Shown here piece after piece: positions 12,410-24,599 of a stretch of DNA of 40,197 nt. Below the pieces are notes generated by a model, which was given only the letters and a program-made list of their open reading frames with translations, did no database searches and was not told the DNA's origin. Origin of the DNA: Vicugna vicugna (Eukaryota); NCBI GenBank assembly GCA_013265495.1, contig MU058781.1, positions 310,001-350,197 of the forward strand. The letters run 5' to 3'. The first letter of the stretch is position 1, and each line of letters opens with the position of its first letter. Both the position numbers and the translations under genes were made by a program.

Positions 12410-12765
12410 TTTCATGACTTTTTGGAAAAGGAAGCTGAATCAAAGAAGGGTTAATTTAGGAGTTTGGGATTAGCAGATACAAACTACTCTCTATGAAACA
12501 GATACACAGCCAGGTCCTGCTGTATAGCACTGGGAACTATACTCAATAGCTTATAAGAACCTATAATGAAAAACAATATATATGTGTATAACTGAATCAC
12601 TGTGCTGCACACGAGAAACTAACGTGGCACTGTAAATCAACTGCACTGCAATAAAAAAAGAGGCAGCGTTAACTAATTCACACAAATTCCTATACTTAGT
12701 AAGTGCCGATATCCAGATTTAAACCCAGGGATTCACAATTTTCCAAGACCCAAGACTACTTCTCT
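12410..12765 (-). mobile_element. MIR split by an L1 3' end (MIR parts about 12410-12446 and 12660-12765)
   Basis: ggaaaaggaagctgaatcaaaga and gttaactaattcacac..ttagtaagtgccgatatccagatttaaacccagg are the two halves of the antisense MIR core. Confidence 0.65.
12447..12659 (+). mobile_element. 5'-truncated L1 3'UTR of artiodactyl type
   Basis: ttaggagtttgggattagcagatacaaactact..tgtatagcactgggaactatactcaata..ctgaatcactgtgctgcacacgagaaactaac..tgtaaatcaactgcactgcaataaaaaaa. Alignable to the copies ending at 16165, 22329 and 33565. Confidence 0.92.
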
Positions 12766-13019
12766 GTTTCAGAGAGAAAAACAGCCAAAACATGGTTTAA
12801 GGCTATCTATCACTCAAAAGATAAAGGGCGAAATAATGAATCAGGGAAAAGACCGAGTAAAATCCTGGTTTCACAGAGAGTAGAGAAGACTCTCAAGGCA
12901 AAGCGAGCCCCAGGAGTAAATAATTCACGGGGTCAGCGTCGCGCTGGGATCCGATGGTCCTGCCCCTCCTGCCAGAACAAGCCTTGGAACTGACTGCGTT
13001 CATCCTGTCGGGCTGAGCT

Positions 13020-13170
13020 GGAGAATCCTCCTGGACTCCTTGCCGCCTTAGGACAAAATCCTAATCACCTTGGTGTGCCTCTTCGCGTCTTCACCTTCGC
13101 CCTGGTGCACATTTATAACTGCATCTTCTAATCAATTCCTTGGAACATGATTTGTACTGGACCATTCATC
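13020..13170 (+). mobile_element. L2 fragment
   Basis: ggactccttgccgccttaggacaaaatcctaatcaccttgg resembles the L2 segment tggctcccc..aggataaagtccaaactcctt. Confidence 0.45.
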
Positions 13171-13277
13171 CCACCACTGAAGTCTCCCTAAAATGCATCC
13201 TGATGCTTCTCTGAGTACGCGGAAGCCCGGCGAGCCGGCTAAGGGGGGGGGGCGTCTGGAACCTGGCTTCTGAGGTT

Positions 13278-13386
13278 GTCACCTGGCTGCAGAGTGTCAT
13301 TTTGAGGATTAAAAGACACAGTTCGTAGATGGCACTTAGCAGCATCCCAGGGCAGAAAGTCAATAAATGTCTGCTGCCATTATTAC
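13278..13386 (+). mobile_element. MIR 3' half
   Basis: tgaggattaaaagac..gcacttagcagcatcccagggcagaaagtcaataaatgtctgctgccattatta. Confidence 0.7.
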
Positions 13387-13574
13387 CTTTGGTCATCTTT
13401 CAAAGTCCAGGACAAAGATCCCTTCATCTGAGGTGCCATCGTGGGGTGGTACAGCCCACTGAATTACCTGCACCTCCAAAGACCTCAGATTTTCACAGAA
13501 GTGATTTGGCTTTTGCAACATCTTGCGTTGTCTTCCAGTGAATGCAGTGTCTGTGTGTCTGTGTGTCTGTTTTC

Positions 13575-13705
13575 TTAATTAGATTGTAAACTACTTGAGG
13601 GAGGGATGTTTTCAAATAATTTTCTTCAATGCTTAGTGTATGTACATACTAAGTATATAGAATCCTTTCCAGATCGCAGGCTGTCAATGAGTATTTACTG
13701 TTGGG
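13575..13705 (+). mobile_element. L2 3' end
   Basis: ttagattgtaaactacttgagggagggatg..tgcttag..tcaatgagtatttactg. Confidence 0.6.
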
Positions 13706-15963
13706 GACATTAAAAAGTGTCCTGATAGATGGTCCCAGCAATATTACAAATGCGTGTATCAGAGGTAAGTAAAAGTAGCGTCAGATCCCAGGAAGAGCAT
13801 TCTGGGTGGGGCGGAGACAGATACCACATGGGTTTGACAGTCGCGTTGTGTTGAACACGTTTTTGAGGTCACCTACTCCATATTCTCCTTGACTCATCCT
13901 TTCCACATCCTAAAGAAATCTATTCTTAATAATCAATTGGAATTTTAAAAGAGCACAGACAGTTCAAATTAAATATCTTAATTAAACGCACATCTGAGAA
14001 CCTTAATTTAATGTCTCACCTAAAGCGCCAGCCTCTCAAGACATCTTAATCCACACTAAGTACAAGCTCACCTTATTTCATCACTTCAGGTGGTAAACGG
14101 TGCAGGTAGCCCCTTATGCTCCTTCATGGAGAACAAAATTTCTATTATAAACCTACACTGCACGTGCAAACAGCCTCTATTTATTTTCAAGGGTAAACTG
14201 TTTATCATAGGTGGGTCATTAAAACTTTTATTTTTTTTAAGATTTGAGGCACTCGAGCTAAGCATTCATAAACAAACAGAACAGGAAGAGAGTCTGCATT
14301 ATGATTTGAGATTCTGGGATAATTAATAATGACTTAGTTTAATTGAGGTTAAAGTAAGCTTAAAACTCCAGTAAAAAAAAATTTTCAATCATATTTTCTC
14401 TGAGAAAGAAAAAAAATCTAACCTCCAGCCAGAAATATGGATAATAGAAGTCTCTATCATAGGAAGACATGTACTAAATTCTGTGTTTTCTGTAAAGTTA
14501 GCTTTCTATTAACATGCTAGTTTTGAGAAGTTAAGGGAGAAAAAAACTTCATATATAATTTTTTTAGATGCAGGAAGTTTGCTTCCCATTGGCTAAAATA
14601 AGACTTCTTCACCTCAAACACACTTAATGAGTGTGCATTTCACTCCTTCCTTCCTTCCTTCTTTCCTTTCTCTCTACCTAGAGAATCATTAATTTTAGAA
14701 ACAGTTCAGTAAATGATATCGATATAATTTCTATTGCTTTGGCTTTAGGACATTTTACTTCACTTTTTTACTGCAAGTAGCTAGATAAAATAGAATTGGC
14801 TATTCTATTAAAGGTGATTCCCAAATATAATACAAGAAGTTGGATGATTCGGAAGCACATCTTGAAAACCAACTGCGGCTTGTTCATGGGCCTATCACAC
14901 ATCCTTCGGTGTCTTACTTTCCAGCACAAAACAAATGACAAGTGATGGAAAAATCCTCAGGCATTGTCATGGAAAGTCTGTCATTTTAACAAAAAAACAC
15001 AAAATTAAAAAAAATATTTTAGATGCGTGAGTTTTCCCCTAATGAACGCCGTATCTGTCAGCATTGCATGTATATGTTATACTTGGTCTAAAATGATAAA
15101 ACGCACCTAAGGCTTGAGAACTTGAAGATGTGGGGCAAAAGCAATAGAGGCTAACAATGCTTAAATCAAAACAAAGAAACTATTTTTCTTTCTTTTAAAT
15201 CTTATTTCTTTCTCTTCCGACGTCATGCCACACAATTCATTTAGACAGACCACTTTACCTGATTTATATGCGGCTACTGTGTCTCTGGGGGATGGGGAAT
15301 TTTTTCCCAGTGCGCCAATGAGCCTTTAAAAAGGATTATATTCCACTGGCAAGCTAAGAATGATGTTTAAACATGGCTTTCTCAGCATTTATCTCTGAGT
15401 GATTGAATTTGAGTAGCTCCCAGGAGTGAAATATTTGATTATGAAACTTTTGGATTGTGCTTCAAATGCCACTGCATAAACATTTCTCCCAGCCTATCTG
15501 AATAGCTAGATTGCCAAAAAAAAAAAAAAAAAAGGTGCGTGGTGACCTTGAAGACAGTATTTATTACTAGAAGCCAAAGCATCCATGATGCAAAAATCCG
15601 GCGATGCTGCCAGTGAGTGGGAGGTGGGTGGGGGAGGATCACGGGCCCATCACTGCCTCTGCTGGGCTGGTTTCTGATGCCTGCCTCTGAAGTCCCTTAT
15701 TCAGTTTTTGTTTCTGGAATATTTGCTACCTTTGTACCCTACTACTCTAGGTGTCTCAGGAAAGCCAAAACTTCTTGGAAATGAGTGATGAATTCTATCT
15801 CTTAATAAGCCAGAAATAATCAATGGGGCATGAAAAATTCTGGGTTGAAGCGCCTGGCAATGCCAACACCAATACAATCCCACAGCCACAGTCGGAACGA
15901 GGCGTACAGCCAAACAGGGCATTCCCTTTAGCGATCAGTTAAGTGGTGTTAGTCCCCATTTCT

Positions 15964-16165
15964 CAGATAAAAACAGCAAGGACCTACTGTATAGCATTTG
16001 GAACTATATTCAGTATCTTGTAATGACCTATAATGAAAAAGAACCTGAAAAAGTATATGTATGTATATGCATAACTGAATCACTTTGCTGTACACCGGAA
16101 ACTAACACACTGTAAATCAGTTAGACTTCATAATTTAAAAAAAAAGAGAGAGAAATAAAAAAAAA
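15964..16165 (+). mobile_element. 5'-truncated L1 3'UTR of artiodactyl type with A-rich tail
   Basis: caaggacctactgtatagcatttggaactatattcagtatcttgtaatgacctataatgaaaaagaa..actgaatcactttgctgtacaccggaaactaacac, then an A-rich tail. Confidence 0.92.
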
Positions 16166-16758
16166 TCCTCACCTACCATTCGACAACTCCCGTGGTGAAT
16201 AAGGTTGTCGTCTGTCTAGCACAAAGCATCACACACACAAAATGTGCCCTTCGTCACAAAGGATGAATGGTTCCTTCATAAAAGAAGATATAGTTTTCTC
16301 CGGAAAGGCTAAGACAGTTTCCATGTAAGAGGGTTTGCTGGACTAATTTGTGGAATGACGAGGTCATCGGTCTGGGGCTTTAGCTCACTTTTTATTTCTC
16401 TCCTTTAATCTCATTCTCTTCATTTTCTTTATTACTAAGAGGGAGGCAAACTCACAAAAAGCTGTTATCTATTATCCTTGTTCCAAATTTGGCTGGTTCT
16501 CGGTCCCAAGGGTTCGAAGTCAATATGTTTGGTAATGACTTTTTACAAAGAAAAAGGAAAAGGAGCGAAGATTGGATTTCGAGTGTTATGATAAATGCAC
16601 GTCTGAACTTTCAGCTGAGTTTGGCTTAAAGAACTCGGCATCAATTGTGTACAAAGGAATATCTTCTAAGAAACCAAAAGTGGACAGAACACTAAATGAA
16701 ACAATGTAATTTCTCCCTCTCCTCCCTCCCTCTGCCTCCTTTTTTCTTTCTTTTCTCT

Positions 16759-16767
16759 ACACACGCG

Positions 16768-16798
<31 letters not shown>

Positions 16799-16800
16799 AC
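16759..16800. repeat. (CA)n microsatellite
   Basis: acacacgcgc(ac)n aa acacacac, preceded by a pyrimidine tract. Confidence 0.95.
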
Positions 16801-17540
16801 TCCTGTTTCCGGTAAAAAAAGTCAGGGAGCCTCTGGCTCGTGTTGTAAACAGAGTAACTGACTTAGCTATCAGTTTGAACAGCCAGAGTTTATACTATTA
16901 GGTCTTTTTCCCCTTCTATTGACTTACTAATTGGCTTCAAATTAGCTTTATTGCTTGCAATTTGTTGGCTTTTCAGGGTGAAAACATATGAAGATGAGTA
17001 TTCGGTCTTGAAAAAGAAGCATCTGCAGAAATGTGTTGGAAGCCCCACTGGAGAAATAAATTCTGAACACAGAGTGGTTCAGAAACACACACTCCAGTAG
17101 GAATACGAACTTGTTTTGTGTTTTCCATAAACCCTATGTGATACGGGGAGCAAATTGATAGTATTTTCTAAAAAAGAAAAATAGGACAAAAGCATTAGGG
17201 AAATGCCAGTTTCACCCGTTCTTGTCCGTAAGTGCGTTAGCTGTTTGGGCAACGCTGGAAAACACAGAACTATTGTTAACGTTTGAAATTAAAACGTAGA
17301 GCTGCTTCTTCTGTAGAGCTTTTTCTCTCAAACAATTTCCCCAGATATTTTATTCTTTCCTTTCTGGAGGATTGTATGAAAAAAAAAACAACAACTCCAC
17401 GTGTGTACGTGAATATGTATGTCCTTACGTGCACCTGTGGGTTTTTTCCTAATCGGAAACCAAGTGTTCTGCTAGTGGGACCCGGCTTGGGTATAGCGTC
17501 TTTAGTGCCTGATCAAACCTGAAAAGTCCAGCTTCACAGT

Positions 17541-17550
17541 GGAAATTCCC
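17541..17550 (-). promoter_or_regulatory. Canonical NF-kB (kB) motif GGGAATTTCC
   Basis: The + strand reads GGAAATTCCC. Motif match only; no functional evidence. Confidence 0.3.
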
Positions 17551-18908
17551 ATAATGGTTGTGTTACCTTTGTTGACCGCATTCTCCCCTCCAAACCAAAA
17601 AACACAGTGCTGTCCAGAAGCCCCCCCCAGTTAAAGGGACCCGTGGAGTGGCTGGTCTAGCTCTTAAGGGCTGTCATTCTTAGCAACCGGCTGTTCTGCT
17701 GCCTCCAGTGCTTTGGAAGATTCTTGCAACATCCTATAGCCGCTGAGCTCCCTGGCGCTGTGAGCTGGATCGCAGAGGGAAGAGGACGAGGAATGGCTGT
17801 TTCCGCAATCGCAGGTTCATTGCTCCAACAGGCAGGGCGCTCCTGCTAGAGCAGGGGTTCCTCCCCCCAGAGCTGACCCTGACATGCTTCCCACGCCGGC
17901 GTCCAGCTGGACAAGCTCCAAGAGCCCCCGTCACCTGTTCATCAGATCGTCCCGCATGTCTGATTGCTTCTGCTTTGACGGGAATATTCGGGAGCCGTCT
18001 AGGCACAGCTGGATGTGTGCACTGACAAAGGAGTTCAGATCAGAGGGAGAGAAAATCGGTTTAAACTTCTCGCCATACTTGAAAAGGGAAAGCAAAACAC
18101 CATTGCAGCCAGGCATTCGCCAGATGTCTCTGCTCGGATCTGAAGGCAAACTAGAGCAGAGCGGTGACACAAAGGCCCTGCAGCTCCTGCTGTAGATTTG
18201 TTATTAATTAAAAATTCAGCAAGGGAAATCTCCGGGTCTTTAAAGGAATACTTTATCTATTTCCCCATATGAGGATGAACTCTTACAAATTCTATTTTAT
18301 GATACTCATATCGATGGTTTGGGAGAACGAATTAATTGTTGGGGGAACAAAACGGGTGAGTGAAGGTAGAAAAAAAGTCTTACCAAAGAGCAATTAAATG
18401 AGATAGGTCAGATGATCAGGGCTGAATATTCTCCTGATGATTCTCCAGGTTCCTTTCTTTTCATATAAGAGAAAGCACAGCTTTCCCAAGGATTATTATT
18501 TAAGTCTACAAGTGCATGGAAAAGCTTTCGGTATGGAAATCAAAATCTGGACGATTATCAGGGAATTAAGAGTTCCTTCAGATAGCCCTTATCATTGGGC
18601 TTGCTTTGCAGCTCTAGTACCTGAAATTCCAGTCATAGTCTTTTTTGCCCCTTGATTCAGTTCAGGCATTCAGCATCAAGAGTTAGTTGCAGCATTTTTT
18701 TTTTCCTTTGTCCAAGTTCGGTCCCCTATGCACTTTGGGTCAACTTCTTTACTGACCTAACCATGATGTCTTAAACCCCAGGACGTCAGTGTGTAGTTTT
18801 TCAGTATGAACAAGCTTTCTTTGGTGCCAGCTTAATTTTGGAACCCTGGTGGTCCATGTCATAAAATCAAGGCAATCCATGCTTTCTCATACCAGGCTTA
18901 CAAAGTTG

Positions 18909-18954
18909 CATCAGAAATAGAATTTACACATCATCAGAAATAGAATTTACACAT
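18909..18954. repeat. Exact 23-bp tandem duplication
   Basis: catcagaaatagaatttacacat occurs at 18909-18931 and again at 18932-18954. Confidence 0.97.
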
Positions 18955-19139
18955 TGTTGTGTGGACGAGGTATATGTGAAAGACTAATGTGTCGCAGCTT
19001 GCAAATAGAGAAACACAGAGTAATGAATGCACAACAGGATTCATGCAGAGGCTAATTCCTTCTAGACTGCCATCACTTGGACATACCTGCTGTAGAGAAA
19101 GGAAGCATGTAAAATAAGGAAATTATGGTACATGTTCTC

Positions 19140-19400
19140 ATAGTAAGAATGAGACAGCGAGAGAGAGAGGTCTTAGGGTCAATGTTAGAAAAGGGTGTCC
19201 AGGTAGCCATGGGGATGACAAGGGAGGAAGCGCAGGATTTAGCAGCAAGTTGAAGGAGAAAAAAAGTGTTTAGACATCCCAGCCTTGGAGCAGGGAAGAA
19301 TGCTGCTATTCCAGGTAGAAAAGGCATATTTGGCAAAAGTGGTGAATTGTGATTTGAAGTTTGACAGTTTGGACCTGAAAGACAAGTGGTGAGATGTGAA
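19140..19400 (-). mobile_element. Decayed L2 fragment
   Basis: Purine-rich caggatttagcagcaagttga..ccagccttggagc..gaagtttga..aagtggtgagatgt pattern typical of antisense L2. Confidence 0.4.
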
Positions 19401-19734
19401 GTCTCTTTCTTAACTGCTTTGATAGTAATTCTGAACATGCCACTATTAACAGACAGAGATTTTGTACCATCCTCTACCACAAAGTTGTTAAAATATGTAA
19501 CATAGTGGCACCTTCACTGACCTGGAATTCATCTAGCATATATTGAAAATATCTCTTTCACCTCTATGTCCCAGCCACACAGTTTCCTTCTCCTCAGATG
19601 AATATTATATTGCTAGGAAACTTTTTATGTGTGGCCGAGACCTTCTCTTGATTATATCATAGCCTGCAGTCCTTCCTACCTATGTGCTAGTTTTGTGACC
19701 ATGATTTTCCTAATTTTCTCTTTCTTCACTACTC

Positions 19735-20520
19735 ACTTTTAATTATTATAGAAGTAATACATGCAAAAAAAAAAGTCAAACAATCAATCAAAAATTCTTG
19801 CCCATTTTGCTAGAGAACCTCGTCAATTAATTCCTCTAAAAAAGGGCAATAGGAGATAAAATTCCAAGTTCATACATTTTGCAAAAAATCTTCATTTTAA
19901 TATTGCATTTGATTGTTAGTTCTCCTGGTTACAGAATTATGAGTACAAATTCCTTTTATTTTCCTAAAAATTTGAAGGCATTACTTTCTAGTGACTAGTG
20001 TCACGTGTCATTAGTCACTGTTGAAAAAAATATAACAAAGCTGTGAAACTTAGTCTCTGTAAGTAAACTATATTTACCTTTCAGGAGTTTTAAGAATTTT
20101 GTATGTACTCTTAGTATTTGAAAACTTCCCTGGCATGTTTTAAGGCACAGGCTTGTTTTGGTTTCTCCTGCTGGGCACTCGGAACTTGCTTACTTTTAAG
20201 ACTGATTCATAGCTGTCTTCTGTTCTGGGATATTTTCTTCTACTATTTCTTTGATTATTTCTATCACTTCAGTGCCAATCTACTCTCTCTCTGATAACTC
20301 TTTTAAAAGAGTATTGAACTTTTTGATTCATAATTTATGTGCATTTCTCTCACATTTTTGCAAAATCATTGTTTAATTATGTCCTGTCCTTCATGTATCT
20401 TCAACTTCTCCTGTTGACTTTTTTGCTCATGTATTTCTAATCTATAAGAATTCTGCCTTATTTTCCTTTTGATTATTTCCTTTTACTGTAAGCTTTTGAG
20501 GTTTCATAGATGTAATGGTC
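19735..20520 (-). mobile_element. Ancient L1ME/HAL1-like element
   Basis: ttttaattattatagaagtaatacatgc..aaaaagtcaaacaat (3' end), followed by ORF1-like antisense sequence (ttgattgttagttctcctggttacagaatt..tttgaaggcatt..ttctgggatattttcttctactatttctttga). Confidence 0.6.
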
Positions 20521-21124
20521 TGTCTCCATGGGTGATAGCAAGTTAGATGAGGTAGTGAATGTGTCTGGACTAAAATCGTTTTTATTATTATTAATTGGGA
20601 TTGTGTGTTCCTATTGCTTTTGTTAAACTTCTTTCTTAGTTAATCTTTAAAATTCATAGCCTGCCAGAATCCATTTAAAATTAAATAGCCAACTCTTTTC
20701 CAGGGTTTACTAAAAGTACTCATTTAACTTGGACTTCATTTGCTGCTTAAGTTTATACTTCCTTCCCCCACACCTGTGACTCCTGTGCATGCAAATCTAC
20801 TTACATTTTAATAACCTAAGATAAGGTTTCCTCAAAACATTTCACCCACTCAGTGCTTATTTTTCCATGAATGATTAATGATGACAATTTATATAGAATC
20901 TTCTGAAAATCACATTAAATAATGACATTGCCGGTACAACCCCATATCTTATTACAGTGGAGAGCAATACTCAGAATAAATGCTGTTACTTGAATCACTT
21001 GCAAATCTACAAAGTTACATCTCTGAAGAAATAGAGTAGTTAAAAGAAAGTATTTTCACAGATAAGGGTGCTGACACATTATCCCTATTCACAGCGGCGG
21101 TGTCAAGGAGTCATTAATAGTAAG

Positions 21125-21310
21125 TTCTTATTCTAGAGCCAGCAGACTGAGTTCAGATCCCAATTCAACTATATGCTCTTAGGCAAACTAACTTTTCAAA
21201 CCCTGTTTTCTCATAGCATTAGCACAAGGATTAAAAACTATAATGCCTATGAATTATTTAGCATAGTGCACAGCACACTGTATGCATTCAAAAATACTAG
21301 TGTTTATGAT
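21125..21310 (+). mobile_element. MIR SINE
   Basis: tctagagccagcagactgagttcagatccca..ttaggcaa..ctgttttctcat..aggattaaa..ttagcatagtgcacagcacactgta. Confidence 0.7.
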
Positions 21311-21399
21311 CAATGGATAAACTAGCAATTTCTCAGAGGAAAGTTATTGTTCTCTATTTTCTCCCCAAAGTGACTGCATCTTTTTATTTCTTGTTACCT

Positions 21400-21585
21400 C
21401 ACTGCATGTTGTTTCTACCTCTAGAATAGCTCTTACTACACTGAGACTGTGTGTATAAAGAGTTCTTTTTTCTGTTTCCCCAAGTATAGTTTTAGAATCA
21501 GGCAGCAGAGAGTGGCACCTTTATCCCCCAGCACGACTAGAAGGGACACTGCATACTGTACCCACCAGTGAACGCATGATGGTGG
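21400..21585 (+). mobile_element. Decayed L2 3' region
   Basis: catgttgtttctacctctagaatagctctt..ctttatcccccagcac. Confidence 0.4.
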
Positions 21586-21755
21586 CACAGTAGGAGGGGG
21601 ATAATGTTTGGTCCCTAGAGTCTTTAAGAAGAATATGTTTTCAAATTACAAAGTCATTTAAACATTTAAGAGGTAGAATTTGTCCTAAACTTCAATGAGA
21701 CAAAGAAGGGTGCTCATAAGTAAAAAAGAAGCACTTCAAGAATAAGTCGGCTCTA

Positions 21756-22329
21756 ACTATTTACAATAGCCAAAACATGGAAACAATCTACATGTCCATC
21801 GACAGATGTCTGGATAAAGAAGTTGTGATATATTTATGCAATAGAATACTACTCAGCCATAAAAAATAATAAAATAATGCCATTTACAGCAACATGGAGG
21901 GATCTGGAGATCATCATTCTAAGTGAAGTAAGCCAGAAAGAGAAATAAAAGTACAAAATAATATCACTTACATGTGGAATCAAAAAAAAAAAAACCAGAC
22001 ACAAATGAATTTATTTACAAAACAGAAACAGACTCACAGACACAGAAAACAAATTCCTGGTTACCAGGAGGGAAAAGGGATGAGAAGGGATAAAATGGGA
22101 GTTTGAGATTTACAGACAGTGGCTGCTGTATACAAAATAGATAAACAACAAGTTTCTAGTGTCTGGCACAGGGAACTATATTCAATATCTTACAGTGTCC
22201 TATAATGAAAAAGAACTTGAAAAGGAATATATATATATATGTGTGACTGAAACATTATGCTGTACACCAGAAATTAATACAATATTGTAAACTGAGTATA
22301 CTTCCATTAAAAAATGTAAAAAATAAACA
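21756..22329 (+). mobile_element. 5'-truncated L1 (ORF2 end plus 3'UTR) with an 18-19-bp TSD
   Basis: Decayed ORF2p C-terminus (LFTIAKTWKQ..IMPFTATWRDLEIIILSEVSQ), 3'UTR and A-tail. Flanks aagaataagtcggctctaa (21738-21756) and aagaataagtaggctctaa (22330-22348) differ at one position. Confidence 0.96.
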
Positions 22330-24459
22330 AAGAATAAGTAGGCTCTAATCATGAGTAACAAAATCAAAAGAAAAGGTGCTCCACGTAGACTGAGGACACG
22401 AGGTTAAGCACGTTGAGGGTGCGAACCCTGGTAACTGGGATATGGTATGTGCTCTAAGGCATTAACTTCTCTGAACAAAAGAAAGGGAGTAATAAGCAGA
22501 GTGAGGGGAGAGAGGGCGGGGAATGGAATGCACGGTGAAGAGCTTTGAGTCAGAAGTGGAGGATTTTTGCCCTTCATAGTAATTACTCCTGGGAACTGCC
22601 GTATCAGATGGTGAGTCTCCTTCATGACATAAGTCCATCTTCATTGGGAGGTGGATCCCTCCAACTGGTACTTTCTGAAACGGAGCAGGTACCTGGTGGC
22701 CAGTTTCCTTCCAACACTCTGGCTGAGATTCCGAGCTGCCAGAGCAAGCAGTGCAAATTCATAAAGTAAACCCAGTGGCGTCTCGGGTTAGACTTGCTGG
22801 AGTAACAGAAAGGAAGCCTTAGGGGCGGCAGTTACATGAACGAAAGGAATCCAGACAACTCTGGATTATCGTCGATCTGCAGCTTCCTTGCTGTGGGTTT
22901 GGTCCGTTTCTAGACTCATGAGAATCAGCTAGCGTTACGCCTGGTCTTTAATATGTTTCAGATCCAATCCGTTTCGAGAGCCCATGTTACTGCCACTCTG
23001 ATCCTCTTCATCAAAGGAAGCAAATGGAAAATCAGAAGAAGTGCCAGCCCACAGCCCACAATTTCACCATATCTTAATGGGTTTGGCAGAGGAAAGAGCT
23101 GAAACTCTGGACTGAACAGTTTTAAAAGTTTTGCGTGCGTTTAAAGGCTGTCACGATGAGAGAAGATCAAAATTCACCATTACTATGCGATTCTCCTTTC
23201 AAGGGTTTAGTCTTTGTTATTCTAAACTCACTCTGATGTCTCTCTTGTTTGCTAATTTTGCTAACAGCTAGAGTGGCTGGAGATTTAGAAACAGCGCTGT
23301 CTCAGCTCGGCTTCCCACTCCCTGCATCCGCGGTTGAATTGGCAGAGAGAGCTGCTGCTGCTCTGGGTGTGTAGACCCCGAGGACGTCTCCGTGGGAGGC
23401 TGGGGAGGGTGTGAAGCTACAGGACTGAGACTTGAACTCAGCTTGGATGGCAAGGGAAGGAGCCTATTAGTGTACGGCAAAGCTCCTTCCTTCCTTCTTG
23501 GCAGGAGTTGTTACTTGGAGCCAGCAGGTGCTTAATGCTGTTAAATTTATGAGTAGTGAAAGCTGTTGGATTTCTTAACATCTGGGTAACATAAATTATC
23601 AGAGTTTTTTTTTTTTCTCCCCGACGTTGTTGGAAAGTGATTTTGAAATCTATGGAAAGCCATTATATAACCTTTCCTGGAATGTGTTTATTTCTGAACA
23701 TTTACCTCTGTGTCTGCAGGCTGTCCCTACATGAGCTGACAGACCCCGGCTGAGCAGGAAGTGTCAGGGTCAGGAAAAGCTAAGCCAGGACAGCCTTCTC
23801 TTGAGATCGCTAGTAAGACACAGAGTGCTTTGGATGTATGTATGTATAGTTTTTGCTCTGTGTTTTCCTTGCTCAGAATTACCACTAAGCTGAGTACAGG
23901 CCCAACGGACCAACTCGTCAATGGATTTTATTTTAAACTGAGTGTGATATTATTGCGAGATGCCGCTTTATCCCCCTTTCGTTCCCTTTTCTTTATTCTG
24001 TCATCACAGTAAATAATAAGTTTCTGACCTGTCAAGAGAATTTAAAAAGTAAAATAAAATAGAGGGAAGGGAATCGGCTTTTTCTTGACAGTAACGGGCT
24101 ATCCACACAGCATGACCCGTCTGTGTTGCTGTTACTCACCAGGTCTGCTACGTGCAGATAAGCATTTCTTAAACCTTTCGCCACTGTTGATTTTTTTAAG
24201 TGGCATTTTCCATAAAAAGTTCACAGTAGTGTTCCCATGTTGTGAAGAGGACCTTTTGAGCTCAAAGTGTTTTGAGAGATTATTTTTCTACCCACATTTT
24301 ACTTTCTGAGAGAAATTGTCCTGGTATGTAATAATGGCTTAAAATACTGCTGTTGTTCAAGTATCACATTTCAATTGCACACTTAGGAGTGGATCTAATG
24401 GATTAAAAAAAACCCAACACAACACAAATATGGTAGCATATTTTCACATGATATACTGG

Positions 24460-24580
24460 AAAAAACAATGGATTTGAGACAAGAACTGTTTAGTACAAAC
24501 TTAGTCTCCAGTGATTTCTGACTCTGTGACTGTGAGTAAATTCTGTCAAAATCCAGAATTACAGCTTTTCTTCTGTAGAG
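24460..24580 (+). mobile_element. MIR remnant
   Basis: aaaaacaatggatttgagacaaga..actctgtgactgtgagtaaatt. Confidence 0.4.
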
Positions 24581-24599
24581 GAGGATTTGCAATGGACAT

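Noticed and set aside
16977..17227. Candidate exon (ttttcag acceptor, gtaagt donor) with a 40-codon open frame VKTYEDEY..
   Set aside because: The frame stops internally, the peptide is unrecognised, and such splice-site pairs are common by chance.
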